In this document: piece after piece, positions 14,039 through 27,766 of the stretch
Numbering within the stretch: the first letter of the stretch is position 1
Layout: each line of letters opens with the position of its first letter
NCBI GenBank assembly: GCA_043228905.1
Contig: JBHGNT010000001.1
Location: forward strand, 10,168,001 to 10,232,000
Length of the DNA: 64,000 nt
Direction: 5' to 3'
Origin: Azolla caroliniana
Taxonomy: Eukaryota > Plantae > Polypodiophyta
The notes under the pieces: generated by a model
What the model saw: only the letters and a program-made list of their open reading frames with translations
Databases searched by the model: none
What the model was told of the DNA's origin: nothing
Translations under genes and position numbers: made by a program

Positions 14039-14242
14039 AACATCAAATACCCATTCATAAGGATAATTTTAATGGTTTAAGAGTATGATAAGTGAGAAAC
14101 TAGTTATTCTAAGGCTCGGAAAAAGTCCATAAGGGCCATTCATAACATCAAATACCCATTCATAAGGATAATTTTAATGGTTTAAGAGTATGATAAGTGA
14201 GAAACTAGTTATTCTAAGGCTTGGAAAAAGTCCATAAGGGCC
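14039..14242. repeat. Tandem duplication (~105 bp x2)
   Basis: aacatcaaatacccattcataagg...aaaaagtccataagggcc at 14039-14137 and 14144-14242. Confidence 0.9.
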
Positions 14243-15059
14243 TATGGCATGTGGGGACGTGTGGCCTTCAAGGAATCTAAGGAGTTGATATATATACAGG
14301 AGGCTAGTTACCCCCTTTATGACAACATCTCGTAGATGTTGCCAAAACTAATGGTGAGGCAAAGCTCTCATTCTTTGGATCCATCTTCATCTTGACTCCG
14401 CTAATAATCTTGACAATAATATTCTTCTCTATTTTCGCAAATATTTAACCTACTCTACGTTAAACCATTAATCAGTACACAATCATAACTTTTTTTTATA
14501 GAAAAGATTGGTAACTTTTGTTATAAATCATCATTTTGTCTTTAACTAATCCTTCCTAATTTTTCGTTGATTTTCAATATGTATATATGTTTACGCACCA
14601 TGCTTTATTGTGGTTATTGATCATCAATGCCTTACACTTGATCATCCATGTGCATCTAGCAATACCTACACACATGTCACACACATTTGTGCGTGGCAAA
14701 CATTGGGTATGTAGTTGTTGCATGTTGTGACTTGGATGATCATGAACACATTAAATGTGTGGTGCTAAATCAGTATATTGTCTAGATTTATGGCACAATC
14801 ATAGTTTTAACACATATATATTAATGATTGTTTACCATCTTGGGCAATGTTAGACCCAAGGCCTTAGGTATAACGGTCAAAGTCATTACCACTAAGTAAT
14901 CCAATTGTCAAATGTATTAAAATTAATAAAATGGATAATAAATGAAATAAATAAATAAAACTACAACTACAACAATAAACTAAATGACAAACTATATGTA
15001 GTAAAACTTTACATATAGAGATGTAAAATGTGCATGTGACAAGGCACATGTAGATTTTA

Positions 15060-16396
15060 TTTTTTTATTTTTTTTTCCAAAAAAAACTCCTTCCATTAGT
15101 TATAAAATTTTACAAATGAGACGATTATGTACAAATCCCTAAAGGGACGCGATAGTTCCATCTAATGTGGAAGCCCACTGACCCAAGAAAGGGAGAGGAC
15201 GACCATTGTTGGATGAAGGCTATGCGTTGTCTTTCAACTCCCTCGGAGCCACCTTTAAGGCCATCATATTGGCTCTTCAGAGTGGCTACAATTTCACTCC
15301 ATATCTCTTGCAGTAACCTTGTTGGATGGGTGGTTTGGTTGGAGAAGACTTGCCTACATCGTTGTTTCCATACAATCCAAAGGGTTATTGGGCTGACCAA
15401 TTCCAACACCTCTTGAGATTTGTCATTAAGAGGAATATAGTGGACATTGCCGCTGGAGGAGAAAAGAACCTATTGTGCTTTTATCACCAAAGTCATCGCC
15501 TCCTCCTGATGCTCGTATCGGCCAAGTGCAGCCTGCCATGATAGCCAACATATATTTCCCCACTTGATTGAACCTTGCACCTGGCATAATTGCAACAAGC
15601 GGCCAACCCCCCGCCATATTCTGTGGGACGTTGGGCAGTCCCACAGAGCGTGTCGTATGGATTCTACTGCATGTGGGCACTCTGCACAATTAGGAGAGCT
15701 AAGGTTCCCACGTTGCCATGCTCCCACCGGTAGGGACTTATGTATTAACAGCCATTGGAAAGTGGTAATTCGCCTCGCGTGTTGTTGCTTCCAGATTTTC
15801 TGCCAAAACTTGGTGATTATTGCGAAGGGAACTTAAAATGTGTGCCAGACCTTCGCAGTAGCCGGTTCTCGGGTGGCTTGAGCAGCTAGAATGTGGCGAC
15901 CCAATCTAGTTGTGAATTGGAAGAAAGGGATGGGTTTGTTTCCTTGCCACGCGTAGGGATCATGCCATGTCCATTGCAAAGGGTCCCAACTAACCTTATG
16001 TAGCCATGTGTTTTCATGAGTACATATATGCCAATCGGGTTGTACTTTGATCGGATTAGGATCTACAATCCATTTATGACCAGTGTACGCGAGTACTCGA
16101 ATGGCGTTATTCTGTGTGGGTGTCTCAGTGTCTCGCAATTCATGGCCTTCGAGCCTGTCTGGTGATCCCCTACCTCTTGGGATCAGAGAGCCCTCCTCCT
16201 CGTGGCCTATCCATTTCTCCATTGTCGTCCTTTGAGTAGCAGATTCCTTAATCAGTAGCGCGTTAATGATTTCCGATCTCATAGTCCATCCGCCCCTGAT
16301 TCCATGGAGTATGTTCACTTGATCTTTTAGTGGAATTGACATAAACCGTCGCCAACATTCTATACTTTTGCCTGGACCTTCTGCAATGTATCCCCA
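15060..16396 (-). mobile_element. 5'-truncated L1 LINE with poly(A) tail and target-site duplication
   Basis: Poly-T at 15060-15076. Direct repeat tgacaaggcacatgtagatttta at 15037-15059 and 16397-16419. ORF pieces contain the zf-RVT motif CAECPHAVESIRHALWDC and WIVWKQRC. Confidence 0.9.
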
Positions 16397-17559
16397 TGAC
16401 AAGGCACATGTAGATTTTACACATTAATACATGATACATACATCAATTTGTGCAATCTATGATGAGTTATAATATGATTTAAAGAGCCCACCCATTAATT
16501 TGGTACCATGTAGAAAATCATATTTTGGTTTTTGTCATATACATATCTGAATACTTTTATGGAAAATAAGATGGTTGAGACTTGTGGAGTCACTAGAGAT
16601 ACATATATAAGAAAGAGGTTACAAAATTGAATGTATTTATGTCACCTATTAAACCTGAATATCTAGTTCATACAAATTAATGTTTCATTTTCAGGTTTCT
16701 CGATCGAGCTTTTAAAGCTTTAATACAATAGTGACATCAGAGGTTTAAATCAATACAAATGATAAGAATGCTATTTAGATGGTTGGTCAAGATGGAAAAA
16801 ATGAGTTAATCATTTATGTTTAAAAGTGTAAATATAGTGTGGTGTTTTACTCCATCCATATAATTGTCGAGAGTAATTTTCTAGAGTATTCACAATTTCT
16901 ATTATAGCTAAAAGTAATCCATTATAGAGTATTGTATTACATATAACTTCTCAATGGTGGTACTTTGAATAGGTTGGTATGAAGACTTCACATCCATATG
17001 CACATGCATTAATGATCTTTTTGTTGACTTTTTGTTTAAATTGAGGATTTGAAAGAGTTTTATATTCTTTAAGATCTTACCCTCATTATCATAACTAATC
17101 TTGTTACGTTGTTATCATATCCAACAAAACAAGATTAGCATCCAAGTGGAATCTATTCTTGATTTTCAAAGTTAGTTTACCTCTTTTATTGCTTGTCAAT
17201 TATCCTTGCACCTGAATTCCCATCCTACCTTATATATATGATGTCAGTTTGTTTTTTCATGTCTTCTTCAATAAGTTCTAGTGTGAGATAGAATACACAT
17301 GGGTCATGGATGCTAACCACAAATCAACACAAAATCACAATCAATATTATTTGTCATGTTATTTCTTAGTACACTTATCTTATCAACTACATGTGTGTGC
17401 ATGCACGTGCGCACACACACAAGGTTAATGTTTTGAGGTGACATACAACATAGATGTTGATAATGACTAGGGAACATTTTACATCCATAATAATATGGAA
17501 CTTTAATTGAGGGGAGACTCATAATTCATAACATGGTGACAAATATAGGTTGGAGCCAT

Positions 17560-18120
17560 TATTTCGAGTGTTGGATATTTGCATATGTTTGATGTGGATC
17601 ATGAGTCACTTCATTAATTATGTGAGACCATGTTAACAATGCGTGTTGGCTCATTCAATACTAAAATAGGAGTCTTTTATTGTGACTCCAATTGGATGGA
17701 GATATAGGTGATGAGAAGATGATCATGTCCAACAATTAAATCTAGAATATCAATTTTGATTTATAAAAAGAAATGGTTTAATATGTTGTTATCAAGCATT
17801 ACATGGATTTCTATTTGGGATGTGAAGCATTGTGGCTTTGACCAATTGTAGACAAATTTAGAGCTCTTGATAGAGAGTTCATTAAACTACAACTTCCCAT
17901 AGTTGTAGGATGTAGCGCTTGTTGCAAAGGATGAATCAAGTGAAGATTCAACTCCAATATGTGAGATCGTTTATCTATGCAGTTGGGATATCCAACAATT
18001 GGCGTATTGTCTATTGAGGAAAACCATGTAGATATATTCACCATGTCATGTGAATAGCCATATAAATTGCTTCATAAGATAGGGCCATGTCGAGAAGTCC
18101 AATACAATCATGCTTCTGGA
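17560..18120 (+). mobile_element. Heavily degraded Copia RT/RNase H remnant
   Basis: Fragments resemble CDS.W.GD..D.R (~17681-17720) and E...VDIFT (~18015-18042). No ORF remains. Confidence 0.35.
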
Positions 18121-21100
18121 GTGCCAAGGTGAAAATGAACTCCATTAGGTAATTGTTAGGCTACAAAGGGGCCTACCCCTACCAATACCTCTTTTGAACT
18201 ATTTTTAACATAACCTAATTACTTTTTTTTTGTTCAAAAGGATTTTTCGCATTTTACTATCCTGGGGGATTTCCCATCGGTTCGTTAAGATTTTATACCA
18301 AGTATTTGAAACGCAGTTGATATTTATTTTAACAAAACACACTTGTAATATAAAGAAATTCATATGAGGTTAAAATGAATGTCTAATTTGTGTGCATTAC
18401 ACTAATTTAGAAAAAATGTGTATAACGAAATAATGAACAATTTGATGAATTTGGTTCAACGTCACACTAGAAGAGAATCTTATGATTCGGTACCCCAAAT
18501 TTATGGACCATTCATTGACTACACATATACTTGTGGGATTCTCTCAAGTGGACAATCTCGAGTCAATGAACCTCATAGTTGGTGAACCACCAAATGAGGC
18601 ACTCAAATCTAGCAGCCATGCATACAACAACACCTCATTTGCCAAGGGAGCCTCTCTAAAAGTTGCGAAAACCGTTCATCCCTCTACAATGCTTTTGCCC
18701 TTCTCAAAATATAAAATGAATCTCGTGGATCCTCATTATTGATTAGGTTGACAATTGTCTTACATGTCATTTATTGGGCCAAGTTCCAAGGGTCACTCAT
18801 AGAGGCACAACAATCCCTCTAAAAATACCCTTTCTAGTGGAATGAGTTGTAGCACTTCACTTCCTTTGGTTGGGATTTCCCTTAACTTTAGATATTCTCT
18901 TTGCTAACTCATGTTCAACATTTGCTTCAACTTCACTCATTGAATTTAGTTTCCCTAAGCGGGCCAATGTGATTCATACCTTGAGTGTTGCATTTCCAAG
19001 GGTCACACTAACATAGGCTATATGTACATACTTGTGGTGATCGAAATCCTAAAAGAAAACAATTAATTCTCTCCCATTAATGGCATATAATTTCTATTAT
19101 TTGAGTAAAAAAAATAGATCATCTTCTTCATCCTTATTAATCAATATCTTTCTTTCAAGGGAATTATGAATGTTGATCACTTTTTTAAGTGTTTGAGGTT
19201 CTACCCCATTTGCAGAACTTACCTCACATGTAATGTTCTTGTTTTGGACACGAAATAAGTACATGCAAGGAGATTCAAGTGGACATTTAATTAAAGTAAG
19301 GGCTTTAAACATTGGAAGTCACATTTGAATCCTCCCTATGAGGAATGCTAAATTCTAGAATTGGTCAAAACCACAATATTTCAAGTCTTGAAAAGAAAGT
19401 TATGTATTACTTTGCTTTAGAAGTTGATAACAACATATTAATCAAGAATGACACTCTAGCTTTGGTAGTTGGATGTGTCCAAGTCATCTCAAAGTCTATA
19501 TCTCCATCCAATTGGAATCACCATAAGATTCCTATTTTAGGATGAGAATGTGCAATGGTGACTTGGGCTCATGTTATAAGGGAATATGTGTTTCGTGGCC
19601 CACATTGAACATATGCAAACCTGTACTTCAAAAAAATGGCCATAACTATGTCATCTTTCTCCCTAAATAAAGTAAAGTCTAAATTCACTATGGATGCAAA
19701 ATGTTCCTAGTTCATTATCAACTTCACTAAGTATACCACCTCAAAACATCAACCTTGTGTGATTATAATGCTTCTCTTATCAATTGCGCATGCGTGTGAG
19801 TGTGAGCATGCCGACGTGGACACATAACTAATAAGAGAACATGATGAAGGAAATTGATAGTGACTTTGTGTTGATCCATGGTCAACATCAATGACCCTTG
19901 TGTATTCAGCCATGCTATAATCTATTGAAGAAGACATTATATATAAGGTAGGATGGGAAATTTGGTGTAAGATCACTAACCCTACACAATTGAAAACCAA
20001 TAAAAGAAGGAAACAAACGTAGAAAATTATGAATAGATTCCACTTGGAAACACGTCTTGTTTTGTTAGATATGGTAATAATGTAAACAAGAGTAGTTGAT
20101 GTAATGAGGGCAAGATATTGAAGAATACAAAACTTTTCAAATCCACAAATTGAACAAAAAGATCATTAAAACATATGGATATGGATTTATAGTTTTCATA
20201 TCAAAAGATTTGAAGTACCAATATTTGAATCTACTACCAACAATTGAAGTTGTGAATTCTGCTAATAAGTTACTCCAAATATGGATGAAGTAAAACACTA
20301 GACTATATCCACATGTTAAACATAAACTCTTTTCCCCCATCTCCTTCAACCATCTCAATATTGTACATTTAAATATCCAATGTCATTCTTGTATTAAAAA
20401 GATTTCAAAGCTCGGCTTTCTAATGGAAACGAAAAATTCACGCATTTGACATAATTGCTGAAATGAGAAATGGAAAATGGAAAATTAATTCATATACCTT
20501 TCGTATTTAGGCGAAATAGTGTGGTCCAAAAGTATGGAATCATAAATGCAAGCGAATGATTAGTGTTATATATGCAATTTATCAAATAGCACAACTAAAG
20601 CATACAAGTTGTAGATGAGGATGTCATAGACCTTTCGAGGGAGATGATGCTCTCTTTATGTAGTGTTATAAATGTATGTTCATCGTCCTTTGAGAAATCA
20701 CACTCATGATTACGTTTGAAAAAAGGTTCCAAAAAAGTATCGTATAAATGTGCAAACAATAGCAAAGGTTTAAAACCAAGGTGCAAGTATTAAGTTATTT
20801 TTATAAGAGAGGCCTATGAGCACATATGTCGCCATCTCTTTGTAAATGAACTTGTGTTCTTGTTGGCAATGTTAAAAGCATACATATTTGGTGAAGGATA
20901 GCTGGTTGCTTGTTGAGAATAGTGAGAAAAGCATGGCCTAGTGGTTTTAGGAATATATATAGTAAGAATAGAAATCGCAAAGGACAACTTTGAATTGAAC
21001 GACAAATGTTGAAATATATGGGTCATGATGTTTACGACCTAGTCATTCCACCAACAACGAAAAGTAGTTGAGCAAATTTGTACTAATAAAATCATGATGT

Positions 21101-21907
21101 GTATGAATACGAAGGAAAATATATTACTTTTTCATGTTTATGAATTGGATAAGAAGAAAATAAACGAGTATATATTGGACATTGTAGATATGCGAAGACA
21201 AAATTGTAAGTCAAAATCCATAAGAGATCAGTTGTGATCCTTCTCCTTTTTTACATTTTACTAATCTAATCTAATATGCGTCATCTTATCTTTTGTGAAA
21301 TATTGATTCTTAAATTCATGGTTGTTCACAATTTCTCTTGTATGCTATAAATAAAATAAGCATTCAAGCATGTGATATGATATGCATAATCCCATGCAAT
21401 CATAAATATATTGTGCTAAATGCATGTCTCCATTGATAAATGCTACTTATCCTTGCTACATCCAGATGATATCAAATGATGTATGTATGGATGTACATAT
21501 ATGCATACACATAGTTGCACTGTGCACACATATACTATCTTAATCATGGCATTATTAAAGCATTTCCCCCTTGTATGTATGTATGTGATTACCTTATTCA
21601 GTACTTGAAACTTTGGAATAACTTTCTTTGAATGTCCATTTCATAGGTGATATGATATATAATTCACACCAACACAATGGTTAACATCATCACGCACGTG
21701 ATTGATCCCAATTATTTAAACTCTAGTCCTTCTGGAGTACCTAAATTAGTTTTTGTTTTGTTTAAGATTCACCTTGGTATTAATGGAAAACTGCCCAAAG
21801 GCTACAAAGAACTCATACATAAAAACATAACAACCATACCCACATCAATCAACATGTTGAATAGCAAAAACCCTCATGCAGTTACCGTAGAAATTGTATT
21901 TACACAT

Positions 21908-22108
21908 CTAAAATCGAGTTCCTTCCATAATGGGGGTTGGAAAAAGCCACCTTGATGGAGCATATCTCCATTTCATTCTCTCCCCAAAAGTAGTGAAGAT
22001 CTTTGTCTTTGTCCGCATTTCTCTAAAATGTTGTTGCTTACGAAACACAACATTAGGCTTACCATTGATTGCCTCATATTGACCTCTTAGAGCATGTAGA
22101 AGAATCAA
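21908..22108 (-). mobile_element. L1 LINE 3' fragment
   Basis: LRGQYEAI...WRYAPSRWLFPTP is the same C-terminus as the other L1 pieces. Confidence 0.6.
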
Positions 22109-22439
22109 CCATATCTACTTGACTAGCTTAGCTACCTAAATTAGTTTTTGATCTTGAAGTACCTAAAATAGTGTTTGTTTCCGTCTTTGGATATGCAAAA
22201 ATTGTGGCTAGATGGATGTTTTAACCATCAATTGTATCAACTCCATGCATAGACAAAAGTGAATCTATGTCATTGAAACAATTGTGGTAAGTGACATCAC
22301 TAAGTTACATTACCACTCTCCCCTTCTCCATTTGTCTTTGGTTCAACTTCTTATGTACAAACATCTTTGTGACTTCTGATACCATTCCTCTAAAGTATAT
22401 GTCACATTGATGTATCATTCTAATAACCTCATGATTTGT

Positions 22440-23010
22440 TAACAATTGACCCAACCATTTCGTTTCGCTCTCTCTCTCTCTCTCATGACATGGGAAAAAT
22501 GTGGAGGCTCATGCTTCGCACATGGTATACTACACATGTTGCACATAACTACAAAACCATATTCTTCGCAGAACGGGGAAACCGTACACATCAATACATA
22601 TAAGAGTCTATCCCATTGTCTCCCATTCGAACCATTGGTTCCATGCAACTTAGTTCACATGCATTGCGATGTGCAATGTGTGTTGGGGCACAAGTGATGA
22701 GGATGGTCGACCATGCACACTTTGCCCTAAACAAGTTCCACCTTTGATACAATTTGATACAATGTTGCGCCTTTGATCATATTCGACCATGCTTTCCACA
22801 CATCTTCGACCAATCCCAATCATTGCATGAATTTCCCTCACAACCACTATGTGCACTCTCGATTGCAATATTCATTGGTAAAGTTCTTGAACATCGAGGG
22901 TCGCTACTCACTTTCACATGTATCGTGTTAAATGGAATATTTTTGGTCTCATAGGTCATATTTGACCTCCAAAGACAATAATAGAATCCATCCATCCATC
23001 CATCTATCTA
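22440..23010 (+). mobile_element. Non-LTR (RTE/L2-like) retrotransposon 3' end with TCCA/TCTA tail
   Basis: Homologous to 38836-39337 (minus strand). Its last ~190 bp recur at ~24985-25190, and both end in (TCYA)n-like tails. Confidence 0.65.
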
Positions 23011-24984
23011 ATCCAAGATTTTTATTTGGTGCCTATTTGGAGACGAGTGGAAGAACTCAAGCTACCAAGTGAATATATCCATACAAATTCTCCAATCTAA
23101 GAGACGATGTTTCAAAATTTTCACTAGTACTACATGTGTTCTTTGGTTTATGCACTAATGAATGCGAATAAATGGCTAAAAAATTTGTAACGAAAGAAGG
23201 GTAACCCTTTGGAATGTAGTTATCATGCTTTTGACAATACTTTAGAAGATGTCCAGAAGGTTATGGATGTATTGAATCTTTTGTACACATAGTAACATGT
23301 ATCAAAACCTCCAAAACGAGGGTGAGGGTTATGATCATTAAGTCTCAAAATAAGAACGACCATGATGTGGGTCTAAGCAAATAAGATGTTATCTCAATTT
23401 CTCCAACACAACTTTTGTACCTCTTTTTTGTGATTTTATAATACCAAGGCGTATTCTCTAACAAAAAAAAAGTCTCAAAATAAGAACAAACCATGCATTC
23501 TATATAACAATGAGCCACTTGAAGTTGTATAAAGCCTTAAACATCTTGGGATGAGATCCCCTCATAGCATTGATGGAATGAGTATGCCACCCACTGCTTA
23601 GTTGCGGGAAAGAGTTTGTATAATGCATTTGAGAACATATGAAATGGAGAGAAATCAAACATTGGATTCTTAAGAAATACCCCTTTGATATATTGGTAGC
23701 ATTGGTGCTTCTCTATGGAGTTGAGGTACTTACATTCGTAAGTCTTGTAAATTTTTTGGGAAGTCAACAATAATTTCTTCTGAAGTTTCTTCAAGTCGAC
23801 CAACAAACCACATACATGTTTCTACTTCTTGAAACTAAATCATTTCCTATTAAGATAATGGCCATGGAAAGGCCAATTGAACACATGCTAAAGGTTACAA
23901 AATGCCTTCACATTAACTTCCTTGGATCACATAGGAAACAAGTAAAGAGATTCAAAAGATTCGCATAAGCAAAATTTTGAGTTTCGTAGGAGTGGAAAAT
24001 ATGAGGAAATGGTTTGGAAAATGGTTTGCATCACATTGTTCATAATGCATCAATAGATTGTTGAATGAGGAGGCTTTGCAACAACAATGTATCACAACAT
24101 TTCACACATTATATTACATATGTTCCCCGAAACTACAGAACCATGTCTTCTCAGAATGAGAAAATTGCACTCATCATTGCCATTCATATAATTGCTTCAA
24201 TACAAATTACTTCTGATTCTCTTCTACACAAGACTTGCATTCAAGCTTAGGTGATGAGATTCATAGACAAGGTGTATTTTGCCTTGCACAAGTATGGGAG
24301 TCGAAGTATCACACTTTGATATGTAATGTGTTGCATTTGATCACCAAAAGCCAATATAATGAAACTGTGTGTAAATAATTAGATAACTAATTATATGAGT
24401 AACTAGGACTAATTATGCTATAAAACAACATAAGCAATTTGTGTGTTTAGCTATATGTCACATTGATGAGAGACGGGGTGAAAATATAAATATAAAAAAC
24501 ATACAAGAGATATGAGAGAGGATTAACATAACACTAATAAGATATGATCAAATTGACATTATTAAGCACAATGGGGGTGTGGGGCATAACGACAAATATG
24601 TATCGTAACAGAACTATTCCATTATGTCCACCAATTTTACATCAAGAAAGCGGGATTTTATATTTCCTCTTACTAGAAGTGTTGTATCCCTCTACATCAG
24701 ATACTTCTTACACCAATTCTTACAATATCTATACACTTACTTATTCTCATACACATATCGTCTAGAGTGAACTCCTAAAGAGTACACTTACACTTCCACT
24801 GTATTTTTTCTAGAGAATATGCATTCAATACTAACTCTAACAATATAGTTTGATTCATTATATTTAGTTGACCTTACATTAGATATGTCTATAAATACAT
24901 GAGGGTGTTATACATAAGGTTCAACTTGATTCTCAACACCCTGGACTTATGGTAAGGTAAAGTATAATCGTTGTGACATGTAGC

Positions 24985-25190
24985 AACTTTGACCAACCCC
25001 AATCCTTGCACGAAATTCTCACACAACCACAATGTGCACTCTCAGTTGTAATTTGTAACATTCATTGGTGAAGTTCTTGAACATCGAGAGTTGTTACTCA
25101 CTTTCACATGTATTACATGAAATGTAATATTTTTGGTGTCATAGGTCATATTTGACCTCCGAAGACGATAATAAAATCTATCTATCTATC
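24985..25190 (+). mobile_element. Short 3' end of the same non-LTR family
   Basis: Aligns by eye with ~22803-23008 (aaagttcttgaacatcgag...cataggtcatatttgacctcc). Confidence 0.7.
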
Positions 25191-25306
25191 TTCTCTCGCT
25201 ATGGTGAAAACACACAATTATATTAATAAATGTGTGAAAAACATTGCTTACAATGGGTGTCACAATGGAGTATACTCAGTGCTCACACACTAACTACACG
25301 AGTAGT

Positions 25307-25348
<42 letters not shown>

Positions 25349-25894
25349 CACTTGAAAATGTCTCATTTTGGTCCCCTAAGGCATATTTGATAATAAATCT
25401 CCCATTTGGATTAAACCATTATATTTCAATGGAGATGATGGTCTCATGGGGATCTGGAATGAATCAACGTGTTACGTGACCAATCTTGCCTTTTTTGTTT
25501 TCATCTTTATTTAGAGCTTGTTAATTTTCATTTCTAGAACAAGTGAACAAATTGATGTATCTTTTTTGTGCTCCTCTTCTTCATCTCCCCCTTTTTTACA
25601 ATCTCTACACTTTAACTTTACCTTTTGTATCTTTGTATTTTCTTTTGTTCAATATAGTTATACACATGTATATCACAATATCTCATTGGTAAGCTTTGGC
25701 CTCTAATGGATGTAAAGTTGTATCTCTCTCTCTCTTTTGGTAAAAGCACACAATTATATTAATTGTATATAAAATCCACTTAGTTACAACACTTCTTAGA
25801 CTCCTCTACCTATCATATGCCTATGTAGGGAGAGGGACGTTCTGTAATGCTATTAAAAAACCTGAATATGCATTTGAGGAAATGATCCCCATAT

Positions 25895-25966
<72 letters not shown>

Positions 25967-27766
25967 TTCTGTCACTTTCACGGTTAGGTCGCTTTATGTG
26001 ACTCTCTTTTATCTTTTTCTCTATATTCTTACCTTAGCAGTCAGATGAATTTTAAACTTTGAGCTTGGGAAATACTTCCCTAAAGAAATGTCAACAACGT
26101 ATGCATTGTATATTGTATTATCAAGCAAGGGAAAAGGGTAGCTTTGTATGTGTGTGTGTTTGTAAGTTTCCCTTATTCCTTTCTTCTTAAACCTGAATAT
26201 ATTAAAAGGAAAATGATTGTAGTGTTACTTATATGTGTAGGAAAATAATAGTGTGTGTTTTGGAAAAAGAAGAAGAAGAAGAAGAAGAAGAGAAAGAAAA
26301 TAATAGTGCGCACTTGCTTCTTTCCAAAGATGCCTATAAATTCTTAGTCAAAGTAGAGGCCTCTAATTGCATGAAAATGATGATTAAGCACATATACAAG
26401 AGGAATAATTAGAAACATAGGGAATATCAAGACATACGTGGTTTTATATCCACATTATTCAAAGTGAAAATATGATGACAAGTCCCTCTTTTCTACGGAT
26501 AGAACCACGATCATTGTGAATCAAAAGTTGAGCATGGGGAGGCCCAAAGCGAGTAGATGAGTAGATCACATTTTCATGTTATGCCGTAACGAAAAGCTGA
26601 ATAAAGGAGCACTTTTACATTGAAGCATATACAACTATTCAAGATTTTTCTTTTCGATGATAAGCTAATATTGCGTATTTATGATTGCCTCAATAAAATT
26701 TTCTGTTGATTCATTTGCATACACAATTTCAACTCATCACTTATGCAAAAAAACATTGTGACAATATTTGTGGCTAAAGCGAGATTTTGACATAGACCAC
26801 GTTATAGAAGTTTGATATTTTTCAAATAAAATTACATAGTAACAACCAGATTGTTAACACATTTTTATTGCATGATTTTAGTCAGACACTAACCTACCTA
26901 GCATTATATCCTTAGCTAAATTGTACAATCATTTCTTTCCAGAAGTACATGTCTTGTGGAGCTCTTATCAACGAGGTATACCATCATTGCAAGTTTATTT
27001 ATTATGTAAAGATGAAAAATGACCTGCTTTGAATAAATTTGTGATGGTGGCATCGAAAAGAGAGTATCGAGTGCAAGTTAAGATATTGTAATTATAGACG
27101 TGTTATTCATCCAATGATATGTAAGCTAAGGGCGAAGTCCAATGCAATCCTAAAGAAAAGGTTATTTTGTTTGTTCATTAATGAAGCATATGAAGCTATA
27201 GTAAGGTGGACATGCTTAAATTTGAAGGGGGGATAAATGTAGGATGGATGGTGGTGGTGGTGGGGGGGGGGGGGTATATTTATGAAGGTGTGTAAATGTG
27301 GCAAAAGGAAGATATATTTGTAAAAGTGTATAGTACATATATAGATGTAGCTAGCAAAACATGTATGTATGTATGTATGTATGTGTACATGGTTGCTAAG
27401 GCCCCTAGGTAGGAGAAATGTGTGTGTAAAAGGTAAACAATTCATACATTCTTCATCTTCTTACATGTGTGCGTATATATATATTTCTAACTCCTCCTTC
27501 CTATTATCTTTCCAAGATGGAACAAGAGTGGGAGTGCTAGTCTCCATGTGTAAACAACTTCTCAAGGTGGATATATCCATATCTATCTTTATCTATACAC
27601 ATCTATCTATTTAGCTATCTATCTATCTATCTATCTATATATATAATTGTAAGTGCATGTCCAAATACCTTCCAAGTTTTTCTTGTTCTTTGTCTTCCAA
27701 GCAAGCTCTATATCGTCCCTCTCTTTTGGTGTAGTTTTGTGTGTGTAGGAGGAGGAGAGAAGCATA

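Noticed and set aside
23537-24070. Possible transposase fragment
   Set aside because: It looks like decayed coding sequence, but I could not recognise a motif.
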